IMG/VR virus record: IMGVR_UViG_2541047905_000018 | Source of the DNA: a virus | Lineage: Duplodnaviria > Heunggongvirae > Uroviricota > Caudoviricetes | DNA: 36,344 nucleotides | Direction: 5' to 3' (one strand) | Shown here: positions 10,370-19,813 of the stretch, one piece after another | Layout: every line of letters starts with the position of its first letter | How positions within the stretch are numbered: position 1 is the first letter of the stretch | The notes under the pieces: model-generated | Database searches by the model: none | The model's input: the letters and a program-made list of their open reading frames with translations, nothing else | What the model was told of the DNA's origin: nothing | Position numbers and translations under genes: made by a program

Positions 10370-13300
10370 TCAGCATTCCTCCGTCACGTCGCATGGACAG
10401 CATCACCGCCTGCACCCGCTGGTCAATCAGCTGCACAAGACTGCCTGCCGCCTCCGGCCCTATCTGTCCGTTAGCCCCGTCATTCTGAATGGCGATGTGG
10501 TAGACCGGGGAATACACCAGACCGGCGCTGCCGTTCATACTGCCCACCGCGCGTACGCCCAGCGAGCCATCCGCCGCCCGGGTCAGGGGCATAATGGCTT
10601 CAGGTCCGGCTTCCCCCATCAGCCCGGCCCCTTTTGCAAACGCAAAGTACGTGGGCGTGTCCACAATGCTGTTGCTGTACGCACTCAGATTTGCCGATGT
10701 GTAAACACCACCTTTTGCGTTTGCCACTGCCCCCGAAATCCATCCGCCGACCGTACCAAGCCACCCTCCGGCACCGGAGAGTGATTTCAGTCCGTTAACA
10801 ATGGCTGCATTCATCAGAATTTTTGAAACTTCCCGGAGAACTGAACTCCCCCAGTTCCTCCAGTCCACAACATTCCCGGCCAGTGCATCGGAAATATTTG
10901 ATACCAGCCCGTCCATCGTGGAAACGACAGCATCTGCCGCCTGCGAAGCATAATCGGTGGCACTGTCTGCCCAGTTCGTCAGCCCCTCTTTGAGCCCGGC
11001 ATTCCAGTTACTGCGTAAAGCATCAGCCTTTGCATAATAATCCTGCTGATCGCTGAGACGCTCTTCCAGATATTTTTTATTCAGCTCTTTCTCCTGTTTC
11101 CACAGGGCTTCTTCAATTTCTCCGGCCTGATACTGTCTCAGTAGCTCGTTATTTTTCTGCTCAAACTCCTGCCGGATGCTCCACATTTCCTGAAGTCGTT
11201 CACGCATCCGTGAGCCTTCACCATATCCCAGTAACTGAGCCTCATTTGATGCTCTGACACTGGCATTACTGTCCGCCAGACTGCTCTCATACGCAGCAAG
11301 CTGCTCACGAATCTTTTTCTGGTCGATAAGTGCTGCATTCTGCAAAAGCGTTTTTTTCTGCGCTTCTGACAGGGTTGATAATTCGCCCTGACTGACCTGA
11401 TATTTCATCTTAGCCAGTTCAGTATTCTGCCCTGCCAGTGCTATCTGTTCTTTTTGCTGTTTAATCAGCCGTTTATAAATATCCTCTGTTTTTTCCGCTT
11501 CGGTCTTTTTATGCGCTTTGGGTTTATTTGCCTGGTTATTTCGCCATGCATCCAGTGAGTTATTTATATAATTCAGTCTTGCTGTCTGATACGCCTCTCC
11601 CACAAAGCCGAGATCATCCGCAGCATAACCCAGGCGGGCACGCTCACGAGCTTCCCCCTTCAGGCGGGACAGAGCCAGTTCGCGCTCGCTGTTATTCAGT
11701 GCGGTCTGCTGTTTATCATCCAGGGTTGCCTGTGGTAGCCGTAACGGTACATTCACCAGCCCCTGTCGCTGCTGAAGTAATTCATTACCGAGCCCGAGAA
11801 GGCGATTAAACTCGGTATGCTGCCCATTCATGATCAACAGGGACTGATACGCTTTGTTTTGTTCCGCTGCCTGTTGACGGATCAACGCCACCCGTCGCTC
11901 CTCCAGCCCGGCAAGCACATCCTGAATGGATTGCGCTTTGCCCTGCATTTGAGTGAGGCGAGACTGTTCAACTGCCAGTTGATTTGTTGCTTCTGCAAGC
12001 CCTTCTGTGACAGTTTTTACCGACGTCATGTGGTTAATCATAAAACCGTTATCGGTTGTCCAGCCCGGGTTTGCCAGCACATACTGATAGCCAGCAATTT
12101 TTTCCTGTAAGGATTTAATCTTACTTTTCTGCTCGTCAATTAACCTGTTTTGCTCCTTCAGTGCCTGTCGCGTCTTTTCCTCATTATCTGACGCTTCAGG
12201 AAGCGACATTGCCGACGTTTTCTGGCGAATTTCGTCGATTGTTGCGGCATACTGGCGTGCAGATTCTCTGGCCTGCTCCTGATTCTGATACATCGTGTAC
12301 CAGGCCGCAGCCCCCAGCATGACGAGTCCCGGCACACCACCAACCAGCCCCAGCGCGCCACTTAATAAACGACTCCCCACTGACGTAACATTATTCAGCG
12401 TTGTCTGTGCCGCTGTTCTGGCCGCAATATTACGGGTAAGTGACACCTGGGCAGCTGTCAGCTTCGCTTCTGCTGCGGCCTGCCTTTCGGTACCGCGAGC
12501 AGCAACAACCGCCTGTTGCGCACGATAAACCGCCGCACGCGCCCTGGCGGTTGCTATCTGTGTCCCCCGAAGTTGCACTTCAGCAAGAGCCACTTCGTTT
12601 CTGGCTGCAGTAATTAATCCGGCAGTTGCAGATCCAGCAGACGACGCCATATTGCCAAAATATCGGGCTACCCCGACGGCAACCAGAGCACCGGCAGCGG
12701 TTGCCACGGTGTCAATATTGCCTGCAATACCATTCAGCACACCGGAGAGCGTCTTCGTCACTCCGCTTGCCTCGTTCGCACCACCAACCCAGGCCATAAA
12801 GGCGTTTTCAACTTTGGTTGCAGAGGATGAAACCGTATCAGGCATTGCCGCATATTCATCACGTAATGCCCCAAGCTGACTAATCAGTGCAGGAACAACC
12901 TTATCGGCGGTCAACTTTCCGTTATCCGCCATGGCCTTCAGATCCTTACGGGCAACTCCCATTCCCGCAGCCAGAGCACGAATAACACGATCGCCGTTCT
13001 CATTCACCGAGTTAAACTCTTCACCGCGCAGCACTCCCTGCGCCAGAGCCTGACTGAACTGCGTGATCACCGAACTGGCTTCTGCTGTACTGGCACCGGA
13101 TAATTTCAGGCCCGTGGAGATCGCCTCGGTGACTTTCAGTACCTCCTCAGAACTGTAACCATACTCCCGCATGGAAGCTGCAGAGCGGGCAAAAAGGCTG
13201 GCGTTATCAGAAAAAGCCGTCCCCGTTCTCTGGCTGATCGCCATTAATTCACGCTGTGATGACTGAAAATCATCACTGGACTGTGAGGCCTGCTTCAGAC

Positions 13301-13595
13301 GGGCATTTACTGAATTCCACTCATCGGCGAGAGAAATAAGATGACCGGTAGCAAAAGCCCCGGCAAATGCCCCCGCCATGTTCAGTGCCGAAGATTTAGC
13401 TGTATTTATCTGATCCGTCACTTCTGCCAGTGCACGCCGCATTTCACGGGATGCAGCAGCGGACTGTCGGCCTCCGTTCTGCATGGTACGGTAGTAATCC
13501 TGCCCCATACGCGAAGCCCGGGAGATCTCTGACTGGAATGACCGGGAATTTGCCGAGATTTTAATAATCAGTTCACGTAATGTCGCCACACTCAT
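10362..13595 (-). CDS. Tail length tape measure protein (gpH analogue)
   Basis: 1077 aa, coiled-coil rich, position between G/T and M; C-terminus resembles lambda H (NDGTNGQIGP...RDGG). Confidence 0.88.
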   Translation of the reverse strand: MSVATLRELIIKISANSRSFQSEISRASRMGQDYYRTMQNGGRQSAAASREMRRALAEVTDQINTAKSSALNMAGAFAGAFATGHLISLADEWNSVNARLKQASQSSDDFQSSQRELMAISQRTGTAFSDNASLFARSAASMREYGYSSEEVLKVTEAISTGLKLSGASTAEASSVITQFSQALAQGVLRGEEFNSVNENGDRVIRALAAGMGVARKDLKAMADNGKLTADKVVPALISQLGALRDEYAAMPDTVSSSATKVENAFMAWVGGANEASGVTKTLSGVLNGIAGNIDTVATAAGALVAVGVARYFGNMASSAGSATAGLITAARNEVALAEVQLRGTQIATARARAAVYRAQQAVVAARGTERQAAAEAKLTAAQVSLTRNIAARTAAQTTLNNVTSVGSRLLSGALGLVGGVPGLVMLGAAAWYTMYQNQEQARESARQYAATIDEIRQKTSAMSLPEASDNEEKTRQALKEQNRLIDEQKSKIKSLQEKIAGYQYVLANPGWTTDNGFMINHMTSVKTVTEGLAEATNQLAVEQSRLTQMQGKAQSIQDVLAGLEERRVALIRQQAAEQNKAYQSLLIMNGQHTEFNRLLGLGNELLQQRQGLVNVPLRLPQATLDDKQQTALNNSERELALSRLKGEARERARLGYAADDLGFVGEAYQTARLNYINNSLDAWRNNQANKPKAHKKTEAEKTEDIYKRLIKQQKEQIALAGQNTELAKMKYQVSQGELSTLSEAQKKTLLQNAALIDQKKIREQLAAYESSLADSNASVRASNEAQLLGYGEGSRMRERLQEMWSIRQEFEQKNNELLRQYQAGEIEEALWKQEKELNKKYLEERLSDQQDYYAKADALRSNWNAGLKEGLTNWADSATDYASQAADAVVSTMDGLVSNISDALAGNVVDWRNWGSSVLREVSKILMNAAIVNGLKSLSGAGGWLGTVGGWISGAVANAKGGVYTSANLSAYSNSIVDTPTYFAFAKGAGLMGEAGPEAIMPLTRAADGSLGVRAVGSMNGSAGLVYSPVYHIAIQNDGANGQIGPEAAGSLVQLIDQRVQAVMLSMRRDGGMLSG

Positions 13596-13635
13596 TCTCC
13601 GGACGAAAAAAAACCGCCGAAGCGGTTATGTTGAC

Positions 13636-14324
13636 TCACTGAGACACTATTAAAAGCGCGTTTTCCAGTCCGGCAAATGGATCTGAGACGCCTTCTGTCT
13701 GCTCCTGCTCCCACTGAAGAAGCGCATCATTCAGTGGCACTTTGACCCCCTGCGCACCGTAAACAGCTGAAACAATCTGGGCAGCCCGGATATCAGCCCG
13801 CTCGTCACCCAGCGGGCTGAACCTGTCAAATTCTGCCCACATCATGATTTCTGATGCGGACATTTCCCGGCGTAACTCTGACAATGTGCGCCCCATCCTG
13901 AGCGCCAGCATCATCAGAAAACGCATCCCCGGAAGCGCTACTTTTTTTTAACCTCGCCGGCATCACTGATCAGTTCCAGAGACTGCCGAAGAAGCCGCGC
14001 ATGCACCGGGCCATACACGGCAATCACCTGTTCACGATCATCCTCTGAAAATACGGGTTGCAGTCCGGTATCACACAGAACATCAATGAACAGTTCAACA
14101 TCTGCCTCCAGATTTCGGCGGGCGCGCTCCGCAACGGATAACGGTGTCTCATCATCTTTTGCTTTAACGATCTCCTGCCAGCGCAACCAGGCTTCTGCAG
14201 AAGGTTCCCGTAACACAACCGTTGCTCCCTCCCATTCAGGCACATCAACGGTTTTATGGCGAAACCCCGACATCGTTGCCAGTGCCAGATTACGGATATT
14301 TTTAGTCATCACATCCATCCTCAT
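13636..14324 (-). CDS. Tail assembly chaperone G-T fusion made by programmed -1 ribosomal frameshift
   Basis: The -1 frame after the slippery heptamer continues ...KKVALPGMRFLMMLALR... to a stop at 13636 (the T ORF in the track). Confidence 0.75.
13938..14324 (-). CDS. Tail assembly chaperone G
   Basis: 128 aa ending GEVKKK* on an A AAA AAG slippery site, directly upstream of the tape measure gene. Confidence 0.85.
   Translation of the reverse strand: MRMDVMTKNIRNLALATMSGFRHKTVDVPEWEGATVVLREPSAEAWLRWQEIVKAKDDETPLSVAERARRNLEADVELFIDVLCDTGLQPVFSEDDREQVIAVYGPVHARLLRQSLELISDAGEVKKK
13941..13947 (-). promoter_or_regulatory. -1 frameshift slippery heptamer A AAA AAG
   Basis: mRNA reads GAG GUU AAA AAA AAG UAG at the G stop; the T frame opens in -1. 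Confidence 0.75.
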
Positions 14325-15028
14325 TAACTGACGGTTACAGTGCAGGAAGTAGAGGTCACTTTGTTAACCGGGCTTGCTGAATCAGAAATCTCGCAGGTAT
14401 ATGCACCCGCATCACCGGATACTGCCGATGCCTTACTGAACGTTGCCGCCGTCTGTCCGGAAACAGGAGAACCACCTTTCTTCCAGACATAAGAATAAGG
14501 CGGCATACCACCCGCAGCCTCAACCGCCATTTCAAGTTTCGCTCCGGAAGCAACCCGCAGCGTGCTTTTTAAATTGGCCTTCACTTTCAGCGGCTCTGTC
14601 GTCAGCACAGGTTTACCTTTCAGACGCAGGGAAAACGTTGCAGCCACAACACCATTGGTTCCTGCAGACCAGGTATGCTGACGCACCTCTGCCATAAAGG
14701 TAAATCCGTTGCCTGACGGAAAAATAACTTTAAAGCCATACGTGGTGTCATTGTCATAGGCACTGCGCAACGCGTTCTGGGCAGCATTCAGATAAAAGTT
14801 GCCTGACATGGAAATCTCTGAAGCAGCCCCAAGGCCGTTAATATTTTCCTGCTCAACAGAACACAGCGTGGTGACATCAATATCCTGCTTTTGTCCTGCG
14901 GTAAACTGCACCTCTTTGATTGTACAGCTCAGGCCAAGATAGCTGGCAGAATCCAGGGTTTCTGCTGTTACCGGTGCAGACGAAATCATAATTTTCGTCA
15001 GTTGCGAACGCTCAAAATTAGAGGACAT
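14324..15028 (-). CDS. Major tail protein (gpV analogue) with C-terminal Ig-like domain
   Basis: Start MSSNFERSQ with AGGAG SD; C-terminal Thr/Ser/Val-rich Ig-like region; the longer track ORF begins upstream of the SD. Confidence 0.85.
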   Translation of the reverse strand: MSSNFERSQLTKIMISSAPVTAETLDSASYLGLSCTIKEVQFTAGQKQDIDVTTLCSVEQENINGLGAASEISMSGNFYLNAAQNALRSAYDNDTTYGFKVIFPSGNGFTFMAEVRQHTWSAGTNGVVAATFSLRLKGKPVLTTEPLKVKANLKSTLRVASGAKLEMAVEAAGGMPPYSYVWKKGGSPVSGQTAATFSKASAVSGDAGAYTCEISDSASPVNKVTSTSCTVTVS

Positions 15029-15044
15029 ACTCGTCTCCTGAAAA

Positions 15045-15067
15045 TAAAAAAACCCGCCAGCGGCGGG
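15045..15067 (-). terminator. Intrinsic terminator-like hairpin plus U-tract immediately upstream of the major tail gene
   Basis: CCCGCC-gct-GGCGGG followed by U8 on the minus strand, then the SD of the major tail gene. Confidence 0.5.
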
Positions 15068-15087
15068 TGGGTAAATCATTAACGACC

Positions 15088-15432
15088 TCAGGCTATTACC
15101 TGAAATTCAAGCGTGGCTCTGCTCAGACGGGAGTCAGGATCATACCCCTGCGTTTTAGAAATAACGGAGGGTGCCAGTTTTCTTACCGCATCAAGCGCCT
15201 GCTCACGAATATTATCTGCGTCATCAGGTACTGTCGCCCAGACATCGATCTGCACGGTAATTCTGGATTCAGCCTGCCCATCAAGCACATCAGATGCCGT
15301 GTCAGACACCACAGAAAACACCAGCCACGGCGGAGATACCGCAGGCTTTCCCTCCGTCAGCGGGACCACATAAGGATAAACCTGTCCTCCGGCCAGCTGA
15401 GACAACAGGGAATACAGTGTGCCCTCCCTCAT
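15088..15432 (-). CDS. Tail terminator protein (gpU analogue, DUF3168-like)
   Basis: 114 aa directly upstream of the major tail gene; family by position and recalled pattern. Confidence 0.6.
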   Translation of the reverse strand: MREGTLYSLLSQLAGGQVYPYVVPLTEGKPAVSPPWLVFSVVSDTASDVLDGQAESRITVQIDVWATVPDDADNIREQALDAVRKLAPSVISKTQGYDPDSRLSRATLEFQVIA

Positions 15433-15878
15433 TTACTTAAGACCTCATCAATAGCCTGATTCATTCGCTGTATGGCAACCTGCGCCGCCAGCTCCTCTGT
15501 CGTATCGAAAGCCGGACGAATGAATGGATGCGCGGGCATGTTTATCGTTCCCAGCTCCACAAAGCGCCAGTAAAATGCATTTCGGGGATCGCTGGCTTTC
15601 ATGCTGTTATCACTGTTTCCGGTTCGCAGGTTCCGTCCGCGAATGTGGACACCCGAGATAATTTCCCCCCGACGCTTTGAACGCTGAGTGAGAACAACCA
15701 CATTTTTCTTCAGTTTCCCGGTTCGCTCCGGCGCACGTTCAACAACTGCATCCCGCATAACTTCAGCACCGGCACGGGTGGCATCGCGCAGAACCTTATT
15801 GTTTTCTGCCCTGCTGAGCGCCTCCAAATCCCGTGCAATATCCGCCAGGCCGGAAAAATCAAGACTGAAATCCATCAC
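15429..15878 (-). CDS. Tail completion/neck protein, HK97 gp10 family
   Basis: 149 aa with an HPFIRPA motif typical of the family as recalled. Confidence 0.65.
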   Translation of the reverse strand: MMDFSLDFSGLADIARDLEALSRAENNKVLRDATRAGAEVMRDAVVERAPERTGKLKKNVVVLTQRSKRRGEIISGVHIRGRNLRTGNSDNSMKASDPRNAFYWRFVELGTINMPAHPFIRPAFDTTEELAAQVAIQRMNQAIDEVLSK

Positions 15879-16213
15879 ACATTTCCCTTCAGGCTGCAGA
15901 GCATTTCAAGCCGGGTAGCGCGTGCATCCGGTATTGGTGGACCTTCTATACCCAGAATCGCGCCTTTGAATGCACCGGTCAGCACTTTCAGACGTGAAGT
16001 CGCTGTCACATCGCGCCGGAATCTCATCCAGACTCTGACCGTAGCCTGAGCGGTTTCTGCTCCGCCTGAGATTATCTCCCTCCCGCTGATACCCTTAACT
16101 TCTGCCCATACGGTAGCTCCCTCCGTCACCGTCTCCACCGGATGCCCTGACGGAGAGCGGGCGGTGGTGACATTCAGAATAATTACGCGATCACGTAATC
16201 TGCCCGCCTGCAT
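15875..16213 (-). CDS. Head closure (head-tail joining) protein
   Basis: 112 aa, MQAGRLRDRV...VWAEV...RFRRDV pattern typical of head closure proteins. Confidence 0.65.
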   Translation of the reverse strand: MQAGRLRDRVIILNVTTARSPSGHPVETVTEGATVWAEVKGISGREIISGGAETAQATVRVWMRFRRDVTATSRLKVLTGAFKGAILGIEGPPIPDARATRLEMLCSLKGNV

Positions 16214-16221
16214 GTCTCCTC

Positions 16222-16539
16222 CTACAAAGGAATAAAACGATAAGGCTCCAGAAGAGAAGAAAAACCAAACGGGACTGGTGCCTTGCTGACATCTGAGGAA
16301 TTTTCCCGGTTTTCGTACCAGTGCCCGACCAGCAACATGAGCGCCAGCAAAACATCATCAGCTATAAGCACCCCTTCAGGATCACCTTCCGGCACCGTCT
16401 CCTCATAAAGCTTACGGTTGATAAAATTTTCTGCCTTGCGGCAGGCAGCCCGGAAATACAGCATCAGTAACTCATCATCAGTTGCATCATCTGTATCAAT
16501 ACGGCACTGCGCCCTGAGTTTTTCCACTATTGCTGCCAT
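16222..16539 (-). CDS. Head-tail connector (gp6-like)
   Basis: Start taken at MAAIVEKLRAQCRID (16539); the longer ORF-track start overlaps the capsid-gene terminator. Confidence 0.65.
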   Translation of the reverse strand: MAAIVEKLRAQCRIDTDDATDDELLMLYFRAACRKAENFINRKLYEETVPEGDPEGVLIADDVLLALMLLVGHWYENRENSSDVSKAPVPFGFSSLLEPYRFIPL

Positions 16540-16570
16540 CAGAAACTCCTGCCCGCAACACTGTGCGGGC

Positions 16571-16594
16571 ATAAAAAAACCGCGTCGGCGCGGT
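16571..16594 (-). terminator. Rho-independent terminator after the major capsid gene
   Basis: ACCGCG-ccga-CGCGGU followed by U7 on the minus strand. Confidence 0.65.
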
Positions 16595-16615
16595 CTGTAA
16601 CTGAACAACGAGTGG

Positions 16616-17833
16616 TTATTTGCCAGTGAGCGCCTTGATGGCTGCCACATCTTCCAGCACACAGTCAAAACGATGGAAAGCCAGAAATGCCACCTGATCA
16701 AACTCAGCATAACGCTCAACCAGACGTTTCAGTTCCATATAAGTAACGCGGCGAATGATAAAGCGGTTGAAATCCCCCAGGAAAATGAATTTTTTTCCGG
16801 TACCAATCCCGTCAATAGCCTGATCAATAACATAAGGGATCCCCAGCACAGTAGCCGGCGTACCGCCTGCAATATCCGGCAGCCATAACGGGCGTTTCTG
16901 TCCATCCTCCATCTCTTCAATAGTCTGCAATGTGGCATCATTGAATGCCCAGCGGTATTTCGGCCCACCACGATATGCCGGATCAATGGCATGTTTCAGG
17001 GCATTCATTTCTTTCCAGGTGAAAGCGGCAGAGGCTGCAGTCTGGATGGTTCCCGTCACCGACGCTGCCAGCCCTTTTGGCTGTAACGGTGATCCCGTTC
17101 CGGTCCCCTGAACCAGATATTTTGCCTCTCCACGACCAATACGCTGGGCAATACGGTTTGCCAGATAAGATTCAATATCCACCCCACTGTCCTGGAGCAG
17201 CTCATTGGACACACGAATTATTTTTGATGACAGCTTTTTAGCCCCCAGAATAGCGGTCCCGAACGTCACATCCTGTTCCGTTGCGGCTGTATTTTCCGCC
17301 AGCAGTTCGCCCTCTTCAGTCGTGCCATCAGACGTTGACCAGGTGATATCCTGCCCGGTTGATGTGGTCAGAAGTTGCGCCACACTGGCAATCCCGCCAT
17401 AAGCCTTCATGGTGTCAATGATTTTGTTACGCATCTGCGTGGGCACCGTATATCCGCCCTGAGAATCCGTTGTTACACTCTGAGCCCGCAGTTCACGCAT
17501 CAGATTACGCTCTTCAGCATTCAGTTCTGCAAATCCGGCACGCAGAAAACGGTTAAATGCCGCAGCGCGCTTCTCTTCCACCGCCTTTTTCCCGTTCTCC
17601 GCCTCATTATTCTGGCGCTCTTCCGGCCCGGACTCATCCACATATGCCTGATCCTGACGGCGCAACTCTTCTTCACGGGCGATTTGCTCATCCAGCGCAT
17701 CCAGCTCAGCTTTCGCCCTGTTCCACTCTGCCCGTTGCTCATCAGTCCATGCGTTATCACCAATTTTTTCATGCAGTGCACGCATATCCTTTGCAATGGT
17801 GTTTCGTTTTTGCTTCATCTCATGAAGTTTCAT
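16616..17833 (-). CDS. HK97-fold major capsid protein with N-terminal delta (scaffold) domain
   Basis: 405 aa; coiled-coil N-terminal ~100 aa then capsid domain; follows the prohead protease. Confidence 0.9.
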   Translation of the reverse strand: MKLHEMKQKRNTIAKDMRALHEKIGDNAWTDEQRAEWNRAKAELDALDEQIAREEELRRQDQAYVDESGPEERQNNEAENGKKAVEEKRAAAFNRFLRAGFAELNAEERNLMRELRAQSVTTDSQGGYTVPTQMRNKIIDTMKAYGGIASVAQLLTTSTGQDITWSTSDGTTEEGELLAENTAATEQDVTFGTAILGAKKLSSKIIRVSNELLQDSGVDIESYLANRIAQRIGRGEAKYLVQGTGTGSPLQPKGLAASVTGTIQTAASAAFTWKEMNALKHAIDPAYRGGPKYRWAFNDATLQTIEEMEDGQKRPLWLPDIAGGTPATVLGIPYVIDQAIDGIGTGKKFIFLGDFNRFIIRRVTYMELKRLVERYAEFDQVAFLAFHRFDCVLEDVAAIKALTGK

Positions 17834-17847
17834 CGTCAGTAGTATCC

Positions 17848-18447
17848 TTATGCATTAAGAAGGGTCAAAAGACGCTCACGCGCCATTCGTTCGTTAACAG
17901 CTTTCTTCAGCGCACCACTCGCCCGCGCTTCCTGCCAGGCTTTCATTGAGCGGACACCAGAGTCTGCGTCCTGATAGGCCGGATATGTCACCGGGCTGAC
18001 GTCATACAGACGAGAAATGCGCGTGATTTCCCGGATAACAATCCCCTCGTCGTCTTCATACCAGCTCTCTCCGTCACGGGCGACACGAAACGCGAACGAG
18101 GACTGATTAATGTCACCACGCAACATTGGAGACAGCACCAGGTCACAAATAGTCGGAGTATCCGGTGCAACAATGTCATAACGTAAACCGCGTTCATCCA
18201 CCGACAATGACAACGTGCCGGCAGAACTTCGTCCGAGAATGAAATTAGGATCATGATTAAACAAGCCACGTACATCATCATTCAGTACATCATCAAAAGC
18301 CCCCGGCTTGATGATTTCACGAAATCCCCACAGAGGTTCTGAACGACTGTTAAATACCGAGCCATAGCCCAGAATGTGGGTCGGGGCATTATCATATTGT
18401 TCCGCCCGCACCTCCCCGCTGTAACAGCGCGTTTCACGGTCATTCAT
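17848..18447 (-). CDS. Prohead maturation protease (HK97 family)
   Basis: 199 aa between portal and capsid genes. Confidence 0.85.
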   Translation of the reverse strand: MNDRETRCYSGEVRAEQYDNAPTHILGYGSVFNSRSEPLWGFREIIKPGAFDDVLNDDVRGLFNHDPNFILGRSSAGTLSLSVDERGLRYDIVAPDTPTICDLVLSPMLRGDINQSSFAFRVARDGESWYEDDEGIVIREITRISRLYDVSPVTYPAYQDADSGVRSMKAWQEARASGALKKAVNERMARERLLTLLNA

Positions 18448-19666
18448 CGTTCTTTTCCTCTTTGCCTTTCGTATCTTTAAAGTTATTCAACGGATTTGCT
18501 GCATTTACGCTGACCAGCATTTCATCCAGACCGTCAACCGGGTTCATATCCTCAAATGCCCTGGCTTCATTCCGGCTCATCCAGCCATCTGTAATGGCAA
18601 AGTGATAGAACTGCGCACGCTCCTGTGGGGTCCCACGGAGCAACCCCGTGAGGTTGAAGCGAACGTAATACCCGGCAGCCCGTTCTGTACGGGTAAACAG
18701 GCGACGGTTAAGCTCCTGCTCCCAGTTCGCAACCCAGGGCATCATCGTGTAGCGAACAAACTGAATCGCCTGCTGCGTAATATTCGAAAATGTGGCTTTT
18801 TCCAGGTCATTAATCATGTGCGCCGGGACATTAAAAATCCCGGCAATCATCGACCGGTTCAGCTTGGTCATATCAATGATCTGAGCATCCACCGGAGAAA
18901 CTGTCAGAGCGCGGTAATCCAGTTGCGCAGGCAGCAACATGGTTTTATTTTCCTGGCTGCGAAGCGCTGTCACCGCCCGCTGCCACATATTCTTGAGCCT
19001 GCTCCAACTCTGTTCGTTCAGTTCATTTTTCACAGAAATAATCCCGGCAGGACGGGCATTACCGTTAAAAAAAGCACTGGTATACTGCTGACCACTCATT
19101 CCCATACCAATGGTTTCAGCATGCTGCATGATCGGACTCAGTCCCATTTTCTGATTGTTTCCCAGCGCCCTGATATGGATCATGTCGTCCGGACTTACCG
19201 CAAATGCACCCTCTTCGTTATACACACCGTAGGTATGACGCCCTCCGGTGTTAAGTAACGTGGTTTCCCATGGCATACAGCATTCAAGACTGGTAACCTC
19301 GCCACGACGATTACGTTTCACCCACGTATAACCATTGCCCCACCCCAGCACATGACGCTGCTTCAGTTCCCGCCACTTATAGCTGGTCTGCCAGGCATTC
19401 GGTTCATCATGAACGAGCCAGAACAACGGGTGATCGCGTGCCGGCTGAACATGCTCATTCGTTTTTCGCATCACATGCAGGGGCATCTGAGCCACACTGG
19501 ATGAAATAACATAAATACAGGCATAGACAGCAGCCAGCCTCATGGACGTTTCCGGACTGACATACACATCCCGGGCAAAAATATTATCCGTCTCAGCGGC
19601 CTCTCCGGTTACCGGAACCGAGGGATTTTCCAGAGGCTCACTGCGAAACAGAGCATCAAGAAGCAT
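18440..19666 (-). CDS. Portal protein (HK97 family)
   Basis: 408 aa, position after terminase. Confidence 0.88.
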   Translation of the reverse strand: MLLDALFRSEPLENPSVPVTGEAAETDNIFARDVYVSPETSMRLAAVYACIYVISSSVAQMPLHVMRKTNEHVQPARDHPLFWLVHDEPNAWQTSYKWRELKQRHVLGWGNGYTWVKRNRRGEVTSLECCMPWETTLLNTGGRHTYGVYNEEGAFAVSPDDMIHIRALGNNQKMGLSPIMQHAETIGMGMSGQQYTSAFFNGNARPAGIISVKNELNEQSWSRLKNMWQRAVTALRSQENKTMLLPAQLDYRALTVSPVDAQIIDMTKLNRSMIAGIFNVPAHMINDLEKATFSNITQQAIQFVRYTMMPWVANWEQELNRRLFTRTERAAGYYVRFNLTGLLRGTPQERAQFYHFAITDGWMSRNEARAFEDMNPVDGLDEMLVSVNAANPLNNFKDTKGKEEKNDE

Positions 19667-19796
19667 GTTTTCTCCTCATGGACACCACCAGTGCATAAAG
19701 CAGCAACAAACAGCCAGACAGCATCAGAGACGCTGGCAGACCTGCATACAGATAAACGCCAGCAGTGAGCAGACCGAAACCGATCAGCCCGGTCAT
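19656..19796 (-). CDS. Small hydrophobic ORF (46 aa) between terminase and portal genes
   Basis: MTGLIGFGLLTAGVYLYAGLPASLMLSGCLLLLYALVVSMRRKHAS; below the ORF-track cut-off; weak SD. Confidence 0.25.
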   Translation of the reverse strand: MTGLIGFGLLTAGVYLYAGLPASLMLSGCLLLLYALVVSMRRKHAS

Positions 19797-19813
19797 ATCA
19801 GTAATAAGCTGTT

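Noticed and set aside
16540-16719. Longer N-terminal extension of the head-tail connector ORF (start at 16719)
   Set aside because: The extension would read through the intrinsic terminator and the capsid gene stop; the internal Met at 16539 gives a typical ~105-aa connector.
18602-19258. 218-aa plus-strand ORF
   Set aside because: Antisense to the portal gene; composition typical of non-coding frame.
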